Source: a virus
Length of the DNA: 64,000 nucleotides
Strand: one strand, 5' to 3'
Virus record (IMG/VR): IMGVR_UViG_3300045988_159115
The position numbers were made by a program, and so were the translations under genes. Below the pieces are notes generated by a model. The model was given only the letters and a program-made list of their open reading frames with translations. It searched no databases and was not told the origin of the DNA. The number at the start of each line of letters is the position of its first letter. The first letter of the stretch is position 1. Shown here in pieces: positions 48,524 to 56,973 of the stretch.

Positions 48524-49417
48524 ATGACTAATCTTGAATTTGCAATCTGCGAAGCAGAAAATTCTGGCGAGATTACCATGTCTGATCGAGACTTCCTTCT
48601 CGATTACATTTCTGAGAAGTTCTCCAATCCGATCGCATCAGTTAAGTCTAAGCTTAACGCCAAGAAAGAAATGAATTCAGCAAAGGCTGCCATGCGCAAG
48701 GGCATTGCTGCTGAAACCCCCAAGGATCAGATTAAGGGCCTTACCGCTGAGAAAAATGCGCGCCTCGACAATCTTTATTTCCGTGCAGCATACAATATCG
48801 CGCTGTATCACGAAGCACTCAAGAAGATCTACAGCATGTCCGTTAGTGACGCCGCTGACGACGAGGCTGCATCTGGTAGCAAGAATACTAAGGTTGTCTC
48901 ACAGATTCTGACCAACAACCTTACTAAGGCAAATGAGCGTATCAAAGCCCAGCTTGCTGCTCTGGAGACTGAAGAGCAGAATATCACGAAGGGTACAGCT
49001 GCTCTCATTAAGCATATTCGCGAGGCGGCTGCCGGCAAGCTTCAGACAACAATTTCAAACGTTGCCTCCGCCTTTAAGAACGCCATTAAGGCTGGATGGG
49101 CATGGGCAAAAACGCACTTTGGCAAACTCATTCCTCACATCCATAAGAAGAATCTTTCTAAGGATCAGCAGGAAAAGCTGGAGGATGCTGAGGAGAAGGT
49201 TGCTGAGACTCCGGAAGCCGCAAGTGATGCAAAGGGCGGCGATGCAAAGGCTGAAGTTACACCTGAGTCTGTTCGCATGGACATCTATGATGCTGAGCTG
49301 AATGGCCAGATCACTGTTGAGGAGCGCGTCGCTCTTATCAATGAGCTCGACGAGCGTCTCGCATCTTATCAGGAGTCTTATGAGGATCCCGAGGCCGCAT
49401 TTGCAGATCTTCTGTAA
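48524..49417 (+). CDS. helical protein, subfamily TNL(E/D)F..EA..SG (related to the paralog family)
   Basis: 297 aa, SD AAGGAG. N-terminus MTNLEFAICEAENSGEITMSD matches 49975..51261. Ala/Lys-rich helices, acidic C-terminus. Confidence 0.8.
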   Translation: MTNLEFAICEAENSGEITMSDRDFLLDYISEKFSNPIASVKSKLNAKKEMNSAKAAMRKGIAAETPKDQIKGLTAEKNARLDNLYFRAAYNIALYHEALKKIYSMSVSDAADDEAASGSKNTKVVSQILTNNLTKANERIKAQLAALETEEQNITKGTAALIKHIREAAAGKLQTTISNVASAFKNAIKAGWAWAKTHFGKLIPHIHKKNLSKDQQEKLEDAEEKVAETPEAASDAKGGDAKAEVTPESVRMDIYDAELNGQITVEERVALINELDERLASYQESYEDPEAAFADLL

Positions 49418-49447
49418 TGCGTCACTGATCTAATATTCTGAACACTT

Positions 49448-49486
49448 AGTTGGCCAGACTGTATTAATTTTGCAGTCTGGCCAACT
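49448..49486 (+). terminator. intrinsic terminator
   Basis: 14-bp stem agttggccagactg / cagtctggccaact, followed by ATTTATT. Confidence 0.75.
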
Positions 49487-49525
49487 ATTTATTATGGCAT
49501 TGCTTAGACATTTATTTTGAGTTCC

Positions 49526-49761
49526 GAGACCTAGATGGCCGTAGACGAACTGATAGTTTCTAAGCAAGAGTATTGATGAAACGATGGATGATTGTCCGAG
49601 ATCTATATGTTCGTAGACGATATGATTCTTGAAATTCACCAAAAGTAGACTTATATCGAATTGATACTGGAGATCTAAAATGTTCGTAGAAGGTATCTTG
49701 GAGATATAAGTTTACCAGCGAAGTGGGAGTACTGTCAGGAGATCTAGATGATCGTAGAATG
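49526..49761. repeat. four imperfect direct repeats (~22-30 bp) at 72, 72 and 69-bp spacing (iteron-like array)
   Basis: gagacctagatggccgtagacg (49526), gagatctatatgttcgtagacg (49598), gagatctaaaatgttcgtagaag (49670), gagatctagatgatcgtagaatg (49739). Consensus GAGATCTAnAtGnTCGTAGA. Confidence 0.8.
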
Positions 49762-49927
49762 ATTGCTGTCATTTCCCTGAATTTTAGAAGATACCGAGCT
49801 AAGATTCAGTGATTTCGGATTTATATTCTGCAAGTCGAATTAGTCTCCCTGGAATCACGGGAGTACCGGAATACAAAATAAAGTCCGAATATCAACCCAT
49901 CATCCTAACAAAGCGTTTAAAGTAAGT

Positions 49928-49967
49928 AAAATGCCCTATAGAGTTGAGATACTCTATAGGGCATTTT
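49928..49967 (-). terminator. intrinsic terminator after 49975..51261
   Basis: 16-bp stem aaaatgccctatagag / ctctatagggcatttt. Confidence 0.8.
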
Positions 49968-49974
49968 CTAATGC

Positions 49975-51261
49975 TTATACGTCAAAAATAGCTTTCATGT
50001 CATCAACAGCGGACTCAGCCATCTGAAGCTGCTCGTTCTCATCAGAGCGATACTTAAACTTCGACATAGACTTCTCGAAATTATTGTCAATCGTGTCATC
50101 ATGACGATTATACACAACGAACTTCTCACGGGAAGAAACCACGTTCTTCAAAGTATCGTAGAAGCCACGATTCGCGCGAACCTCTTCCTTACAAACAGAG
50201 CTCAGCTTAGAATAGTAAGCATAATTTGTTCCCTTCGAAACAACTGCGCGTGCAGCAGGCTTAATATCGTCACTGAACTTATTGATCTCCTTCTCATAGT
50301 CGTCAATTGCGCTCTTGTACTGTGCGACCAGGTCCTTCGCCTTATCAAAGGCGTCATCAGACGGAGTCAGATAGCGAATAACACCAGAAGTTTCCTGATA
50401 CGCATTCACCATCTTAAGACGAGCTCGAGTAAGCTCGGTAATAGAAGAATTCATCTGACGAAGAAAGCCTTCATCTGTAGTACCACCAGTAACTGCACTC
50501 TTTGCAGTCTTCAGTGCGTTCATAACGTTCTTCTTCGCTTTATCAACGTTCTCCTTCTTCGGAGCAAGCTTTGACAGGATCTCCTTAACACCTTCCGAGT
50601 AATACTCCTCGTCAGTCATATAAGACTGAGTAGAGTATTCATTGAAAAATGCTTCGGTCTCATTCAGATCAGAAAGAAGATCATCGACGTATTCCTTTGC
50701 GAACAGAGGCTTCTTCGCAGGAGCAGCTGCCATATTATTCTCATATCGAGCAAGCTCCTTCTTACGGAACTTGATCTTATTCTTCAGCTCATCGGAATAC
50801 TGGATCAGTCGATTGATGTAGAAGTTCTTATCACCGTAGTTAATCTGGCCACCATTGAGACCCTTGCCTACGCTGTTCAGTCGCATGGACTCCTTCGTCC
50901 GATCAATAGCAGCTTTTCCAGTGAACGGAATAAAGTCCTTCAGAATAGGAATGAAAAGACCTGTGATATAGCTGCCGAATGTAGAAGCTTCACGCCACTC
51001 CTTCAGTGACGTATCAAGATCTTCCATAATCGCAACTGCCTTATCAAGATCTGCAGCTGCTGCCTTGAAATTCTTTGCTTTCACATCTTTCTTGTACTGC
51101 TTCACAAGAGCTTTTGCAGCACGAGTGCGATCGTGATATTCTTTATGTGCTTCCCAGTTTGCACCTTCTGTGGTAACTGTGAACATTGAAACTGCTTCAT
51201 CGTTAGACAGAAGTCCAGACTGAGCAGCTTCCATGATCACAAAATCAAGATTTGTTGCCAT
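49975..51261 (-). CDS. helical protein, subfamily TNL(E/D)F..EA..SG
   Basis: 428 aa, SD AAAGGAG. N-terminus MATNLDFVIMEAAQSGLLSNDE. Confidence 0.8.
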   Translation of the reverse strand: MATNLDFVIMEAAQSGLLSNDEAVSMFTVTTEGANWEAHKEYHDRTRAAKALVKQYKKDVKAKNFKAAAADLDKAVAIMEDLDTSLKEWREASTFGSYITGLFIPILKDFIPFTGKAAIDRTKESMRLNSVGKGLNGGQINYGDKNFYINRLIQYSDELKNKIKFRKKELARYENNMAAAPAKKPLFAKEYVDDLLSDLNETEAFFNEYSTQSYMTDEEYYSEGVKEILSKLAPKKENVDKAKKNVMNALKTAKSAVTGGTTDEGFLRQMNSSITELTRARLKMVNAYQETSGVIRYLTPSDDAFDKAKDLVAQYKSAIDDYEKEINKFSDDIKPAARAVVSKGTNYAYYSKLSSVCKEEVRANRGFYDTLKNVVSSREKFVVYNRHDDTIDNNFEKSMSKFKYRSDENEQLQMAESAVDDMKAIFDV

Positions 51262-51275
51262 CTCTTTATACTCCT

Positions 51276-51569
51276 TTACTCATTATTATCAGAATCATCC
51301 ATAGGAGGAGGCTCTGTCTCATCACTGTTGGTACGTCCTTTCAGTGTCTTCGCCACAGTAATACCAGCACCAGTTGTGATAACCCACTTTGCAAAACCAA
51401 AAACTTCAGTTGTAAGCGTGCTATCAAGCTGAATCTGGCTACCAGTCTTCAGACCAACGAAGCCAAGAATGATGTCAATAATCGTATAGATGATGACCAA
51501 TGTGGAGCATAAGATCAGCATCATGTCACGAGTTTTAACCGTCTTCCTTTTCCCGTGTTTAGTGGTCAT
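51276..51569 (-). CDS. small two-pass membrane protein
   Basis: The ATG at 51569 (MTTKHGK) follows GAAAGGAG. Hydrophobic MLILCSTLVIIYTIIDIILGFVGL and FAKWVITTGAGITVA. Acidic tail. Confidence 0.65.
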   Translation of the reverse strand: MTTKHGKRKTVKTRDMMLILCSTLVIIYTIIDIILGFVGLKTGSQIQLDSTLTTEVFGFAKWVITTGAGITVAKTLKGRTNSDETEPPPMDDSDNNE

Positions 51570-51644
51570 GCCTATCACTCCTTTCCATTAAACACTAGAG
51601 TTGACATTAAATACTTGTACTTAAGAGAAACCCTAGTGAATATA

Positions 51645-51670
51645 GCACCTGAAAACAATAGGGTAAGCGA
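51645..51670 (+). promoter_or_regulatory. candidate phage promoter, class I
   Basis: Plus-sense GCACCTGAAAACAATAGGGTAAGCGA, ~55 nt upstream of the ATG at 51719. Confidence 0.6.
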
Positions 51671-51718
51671 TTACGAGGAAACCCTACATTGAAAAAGAAA
51701 GGAGTGACGACTTCATAT

Positions 51719-53500
51719 ATGGCTCTCAAAATTGGTGACAAGGTAAGTACCTCTGCATCTGTTGATGTAAATGGTACTCACCTTGCTTCTTTTGTCAGAA
51801 ATAACGTGTATGAAATCATACATATTGGTGGTCAAAATTATCCAGATTCTCGAGTCGTCATTGGTAAAGATGGAAAAGAGATTGCTGCGGTTGATATCAA
51901 CACGCTAGTGTCTTTCCCAGAAAAGAGTCTGAAATCGACATATCCAGTTCCAACACCAATGCAAGTGCCAGCAAATCCGGAAGATGAGATTGATGCGCAG
52001 AGTTTTCTTGGCGATATGGTAAATGGAGCCAAGAATACCATCAGCAATATCAAAAACGGTGTGGATAAACTTCAAGATCAGGCTGGAAACTGGGTCGGTT
52101 CAAAAATAGACTCCTATGTCGGAACCGGTGCCGGTAAAGCTCTTGTGAACGGAGTTATGAATCTTGGTAAAAACTTACTATCAAGTGCACTCAGCAACCT
52201 ATTTGGATCTTTGAAATCGTGGATTACAAATGCCATCTTAGGTGATAGTCGAGTCATGTATCTTACGAGAAGATATAAGACAACACAGAATTCTGACTAT
52301 AAGTACACCTACACAGAAAAGCAGTCGGCTGACTACTATGCTGTCATGAATATGCTGAAGTACGGAGATCTCAAATATCAGCAAAGTTCAGTTACAATCA
52401 ATGCCCTCGACCGAAATGCTCCCAGCATTGTTCAGAATAAATATGGCTTCCCAAATAAGACTGCTAACCCTGATAGTACTCATTCTCTTTATCGCTATGA
52501 TTATTTCATGGATTATGAGAAGGAAAAACTTCTCGTAAATATGAATACAATCCGTCAGTCAGTCAACATCGACTTGATGGATCCGACAACGCTGTATCGT
52601 CAGTATACGAAGTACTATAATAAGTACAAGCAGCCGAACGGGAATGATGCCCTTTCAAAAACATTTGCGCATGTATTTTTCGTTCGCCCTGATTGCAATA
52701 TCTATGCTGAAGGATCAAATGGCGGTCTGTCATCTCCTGCATTATCGGATGATTTGAAGAATCTTTCTGAGTATTATTATGCTCTGAAGCATTGCCCAGA
52801 GATGCTGAGAGAACTGACGCAATCCAAAGCAGGATACAATCATCAGTTTGCATTGTACCTATCTAACAAGGCAAAATCCTTCCAGACAGCCGATGAGTAT
52901 ATTGATACTGACGCATATGGTCAGGCATTGACAGGTCATAAGGTTGCGTACGGCAAGAGTAATATCAAGAGTAAGACAGAAGGCAGTTTCCAGATCAAAT
53001 ATGTGGATGACCGAGATCTTCACATCTATCATCTCCACAAACTCTGGTCTGATTATGTGTCTCATGTTTACCGTGGTAAAGTAATGCCGAATGTCAACTA
53101 CATCAAAAATCGAATTATTGATTATGCGACGTGTGTGTATTACATCCTGACAGCAGAGGATGGAGAAACGATTATCTTTTGGTCGAAATATTACGGTGTA
53201 TTCCCGGTTACGATGCCGTCGTCTTCGTTTGCATACGATTCAGAGACACGACTTGCAAATCCTGAATACTCCGTTGAATACCGATTCTCATGGAAAGAAG
53301 ATTTTAATCCTCTCTCTTTGATCGAGTTCAATACTCATAGCCCCACAATGGGACAATGGAGATACGTCAATAAATTCCAGCCTGCTGTTTGTGGTACTGG
53401 TTACACATGGTCTGGCATTCCGTTCATTGAAACTTTCAATGGTGATGGTAAGAGAAATCTCCCATACACATTTAAACTTAGATTCCGTCCCATGAGATAA
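51719..53500 (+). CDS. baseplate/tail-associated protein with an N-terminal ~60-aa SH3-like domain shared with 60149..61987
   Basis: ATG at 51719 (MALKIGDKV); the listed start is a TTG without an SD. N-terminus KIGDKVSTSASVDVNGTHLASFVRNNVYEI...RVVIGKDGKEIAAVDINTL. Directly upstream of the baseplate J-like gene. Confidence 0.75.
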   Translation: MALKIGDKVSTSASVDVNGTHLASFVRNNVYEIIHIGGQNYPDSRVVIGKDGKEIAAVDINTLVSFPEKSLKSTYPVPTPMQVPANPEDEIDAQSFLGDMVNGAKNTISNIKNGVDKLQDQAGNWVGSKIDSYVGTGAGKALVNGVMNLGKNLLSSALSNLFGSLKSWITNAILGDSRVMYLTRRYKTTQNSDYKYTYTEKQSADYYAVMNMLKYGDLKYQQSSVTINALDRNAPSIVQNKYGFPNKTANPDSTHSLYRYDYFMDYEKEKLLVNMNTIRQSVNIDLMDPTTLYRQYTKYYNKYKQPNGNDALSKTFAHVFFVRPDCNIYAEGSNGGLSSPALSDDLKNLSEYYYALKHCPEMLRELTQSKAGYNHQFALYLSNKAKSFQTADEYIDTDAYGQALTGHKVAYGKSNIKSKTEGSFQIKYVDDRDLHIYHLHKLWSDYVSHVYRGKVMPNVNYIKNRIIDYATCVYYILTAEDGETIIFWSKYYGVFPVTMPSSSFAYDSETRLANPEYSVEYRFSWKEDFNPLSLIEFNTHSPTMGQWRYVNKFQPAVCGTGYTWSGIPFIETFNGDGKRNLPYTFKLRFRPMR

Positions 53501-53532
53501 TCTCTAATCTATTAGGAAAGGAGAAATGCTAA

Positions 53533-56500
53533 ATGGCTAAAGTAACTACAACGGATAAAATCGTTGTTGACCGTGACTATACGGACAGTTACTCCATTAA
53601 AGATACAGCACTGACTACTCTTGGTCAGAAATATTTCGGTGATATTCCGCTGTCAGCTCTGAATGTTGGCGAGCAAGGCTTCGTCATGGAGCAGATTGCA
53701 AATATCACTGAAGACGCAATGAATACAGCTTCAGTTCTTATCAACGAAGCTTTTCCGAATAAGGCAATTATCCCGGAATCCATCTATTCCCATGCCGCTA
53801 TTTTCCAGCTGGACAATTCTTTCGGATCCGCAGCAACTTGCACATTCGTTTTATTATTACAGCAGGAAGATATCCTCCTCTATGGTAGTCAGGATTCTTC
53901 AAACGGAACTGTAGTATTTACGATTGATAAGGATATGATTATCAATGTGGAAGATATTTCTTTCACTCTTGATTATGATGTCATTATCGAAGCAAAGAAA
54001 AAGAATATTGCGGGTACCTATCAATCAGAATATGTCTACAGTGCAAAGTACGACATGGCTGTTCCGAACTCAGTATCGACTGTTACGAATCCTTACCTGA
54101 AAATGCGTAAGGTGAATAACGGTCTTCTGATGTTGGAACTGACTGCACGACAGGTAACTCGCACAGAACTTCACGAGCAGATCATCACAAACACGAAGAT
54201 CAATTATCCGGTTCTGGACTTCGAATTTGACGATACCCTCGCTGGATTTGATATCTTCTACAAGGCGCCTACTGCATCCGATTATACAAGATTGGATAAG
54301 CTGGTAAAATTCTCTCTCCCTCTTAAAACACCTTTCTGCTATTATAGACTGAAAGATGAAAATATTCTGGAGATTTCTTTCTCTCCGAAAGATGGATACT
54401 TCCAGCCTGAGTTTAACTCAGATATCAAGGTGATCACCTATACAACAACTGGAGAAGAAGCAAACTTTGAAGAGTATACTGGTAGAAGTATCACTTTCCA
54501 GCCGTATTCGGAGAATTATGCATATAATTCTAAAATGATCATTGCTGGTAAAGCTGTATCTCCGGCTGCTGGTGGTGCTTCAAAGCTTTCCATTGATGCA
54601 CTGCAAGCTCTTACTGTGGAAGGATTCTCAACAGCAAATGAGCTTTCTACCGAAAACGATATTTCTACGTATTTCTACAACTATAAGTATCGATACGGTA
54701 ACGAGATTTTCGTCATTAAGCGTCGTGATGATATCATGGAACGACTCTTCTCAGCATTCCTTCTGATCAAGCGTGATGACTATATCTACCCAACAAATAC
54801 ACTCGGTGCAAACATCAACAGCTTTGAGTTTGATCGCTCTGAGAACGGTAATGTCTACACTCTGAACCCCGGTCATCTTTTCGTATATGAAGGCGACAGC
54901 AGAACTAGAGTGAGACTTCTTCCTGGCTATATGTCATATGATAAGACGATCACAGATCATCTCTACAAAGATCGGTATGAAACACCGAGCATTTGGTTTA
55001 GTGATCAGATTATCGTATTCGATAATAGCAAAAAAGAAGATCCGACTACTTGGAACACGACGTTTTTCGTTAAAAACCGAGAAGGTTATTGGCAGCATTA
55101 TGATGCTGATGGTAACATCATTGAGTATAATGAATATACCGATGCTGATATGGCTGCAAAGACTGAGCTTCTTGGTCTTAAAAAGAAGACTGTCTGCTAC
55201 CGTGAAGAAACCATCACAACCAAGCATTATGTAGATAATGAATCTGGTACGTATTATCTGTCTGATGGCAAGCATTATGATGCTGATGGTAATAAGATTG
55301 ATGGAGATCTTTCCACCGATACTCTTACTACAATGATCGAAAACGGGATGCTCGCCCTGTCCGTAGAATCACATCAGGTCTATTATGAGTCTGATACAAC
55401 CGGTAATAAAACTGGTGATTATATCGGATATGAAAAGCTGATGAAAGATATCAATATCTACAAGCTTTCTAATCTCGGTGAGTATTACGTCCAGGATCTT
55501 AACGGCTATTCTCGATACAATTGGTCTGGTGAAAAGCTGGAAACCCGTATCGACATGGAAGATTTGAAGCCTCTGATTCTCAGTGGTGGAGTTGAATTCA
55601 AGCAGGGTTATCAGTTCATCTACACAAACCCGTTCTTAATTTCCATGTCAAAGAGCCCAAATCTTGTCGGTCTTTACAAGAACATCCAGAATGAGATTGT
55701 GAGTCTGGATTACGTATCATCCAACGATAATCTTCTCTGTCAGTTCATTACTTCAAAACTGAAGCTGAATCGTAGACTGGAAGAGAATAGTCGATACGAG
55801 ATTTCTCTCAGCATTATTCCCTCCACAGTCTTGGATGGAGATTATGTCCACGAGTTCGGAAACTACAAGTCTGCTACTGGTATTCTGAACGACGTCCGTA
55901 TCTTTGCATCTTTCCTGAATGGTGACGAAGAGGTTGGATACATCGAACTGTATCCGTCCGAAGTGGATGCTTCGGATAAATCCATGGTAACATTTAGTGC
56001 AAAGATTATCACGAACGACTATATTACGACAGACAAGATGTTTGCAATTCTCAATCTTGTAAGTGCAGAAAGTGTTGACTACCACTACGTACCGATTGAA
56101 AATTGCTCTGTCAATATATACATCTGCTACCGTGATAATATCGGTGCAGTACAGCCTGGATTCTTTGATCTTTTCCGTCCGAAAAATGATAAGGGAGAGT
56201 CAGTTCCTGGTGGTGACATTGACCTTTACTCTCTGGCCAATGTATACTCTGCAAAAACAGAAGGTTTGACTTTCGTTGAACCTCTGAATATGATGCGTAG
56301 TAATGTGACCTTCTATACAGGTTCTCTCGATACAGAAGGAAATGAAAAGTGTACGATTGCTGCTATGTCTCTGCTTCCTATGGTGAAGGCAGACATGGTG
56401 AATAGCACAGACACATTCAATACCTTCATCAGCAAGGTTACAGATAACTATCGTTATCTTGAAGAGTGCTCACCTAGACTTCGTAACAACACAAACCTGG

Positions 56501-56931
56501 ATATCAAGTTCTATAACACTTATGGTCGTAGTAATAACTACTATATCGGCGACGAGCAAGAGCTCATTGACCGTGTTAATATTAGTATCAGTTACGACGT
56601 AAAGCTTGTAGACGGTACAACTGCTACAAATGTTATGGCTGAACTCCAGGCATTCATCAAAGCGTTTGTCGAAAAAGTCAATTCTACCGGTTCGAATGAC
56701 CTCTATATCTCAAATATGATTAAGGCGATCGAGAATAACTTCCCTGCCGTCCATCATCTGAGATTTACAGGAATCAATGATTACGACCCAAAGTATCAGA
56801 CAGTGTGCATGAAAGTAACTGATCTGAATGATCTTACCAAAGAAGAACTCCGGGAATACGTTCCCGAGGTTCTCGTTGTTGCACAGGATGATATCAAGCT
56901 CAACGTAGAGGTCGTAAAAACAATCAGTTAA
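53533..56931 (+). CDS. large baseplate wedge protein (gp6 / baseplate-J-like; tentative)
   Basis: 1132 aa, SD AAAGGAG. The call rests on size, position next to tail and baseplate genes, and a general N- and C-terminal resemblance to baseplate-J family proteins. No diagnostic motif. Confidence 0.45.
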   Translation: MAKVTTTDKIVVDRDYTDSYSIKDTALTTLGQKYFGDIPLSALNVGEQGFVMEQIANITEDAMNTASVLINEAFPNKAIIPESIYSHAAIFQLDNSFGSAATCTFVLLLQQEDILLYGSQDSSNGTVVFTIDKDMIINVEDISFTLDYDVIIEAKKKNIAGTYQSEYVYSAKYDMAVPNSVSTVTNPYLKMRKVNNGLLMLELTARQVTRTELHEQIITNTKINYPVLDFEFDDTLAGFDIFYKAPTASDYTRLDKLVKFSLPLKTPFCYYRLKDENILEISFSPKDGYFQPEFNSDIKVITYTTTGEEANFEEYTGRSITFQPYSENYAYNSKMIIAGKAVSPAAGGASKLSIDALQALTVEGFSTANELSTENDISTYFYNYKYRYGNEIFVIKRRDDIMERLFSAFLLIKRDDYIYPTNTLGANINSFEFDRSENGNVYTLNPGHLFVYEGDSRTRVRLLPGYMSYDKTITDHLYKDRYETPSIWFSDQIIVFDNSKKEDPTTWNTTFFVKNREGYWQHYDADGNIIEYNEYTDADMAAKTELLGLKKKTVCYREETITTKHYVDNESGTYYLSDGKHYDADGNKIDGDLSTDTLTTMIENGMLALSVESHQVYYESDTTGNKTGDYIGYEKLMKDINIYKLSNLGEYYVQDLNGYSRYNWSGEKLETRIDMEDLKPLILSGGVEFKQGYQFIYTNPFLISMSKSPNLVGLYKNIQNEIVSLDYVSSNDNLLCQFITSKLKLNRRLEENSRYEISLSIIPSTVLDGDYVHEFGNYKSATGILNDVRIFASFLNGDEEVGYIELYPSEVDASDKSMVTFSAKIITNDYITTDKMFAILNLVSAESVDYHYVPIENCSVNIYICYRDNIGAVQPGFFDLFRPKNDKGESVPGGDIDLYSLANVYSAKTEGLTFVEPLNMMRSNVTFYTGSLDTEGNEKCTIAAMSLLPMVKADMVNSTDTFNTFISKVTDNYRYLEECSPRLRNNTNLDIKFYNTYGRSNNYYIGDEQELIDRVNISISYDVKLVDGTTATNVMAELQAFIKAFVEKVNSTGSNDLYISNMIKAIENNFPAVHHLRFTGINDYDPKYQTVCMKVTDLNDLTKEELREYVPEVLVVAQDDIKLNVEVVKTIS

Positions 56932-56973
56932 GTTTTGAACTCAATACTCTAATAAGAAAGGTGGCTATGAATT

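Noticed and set aside
49526-49761. Repeat array considered as a CRISPR array.
   Set aside because: The repeats are only ~22 bp and about 75 percent identical to each other, there are only four copies, and no cas genes or leader are present. CRISPR repeats are normally near-identical and at least 24 bp.
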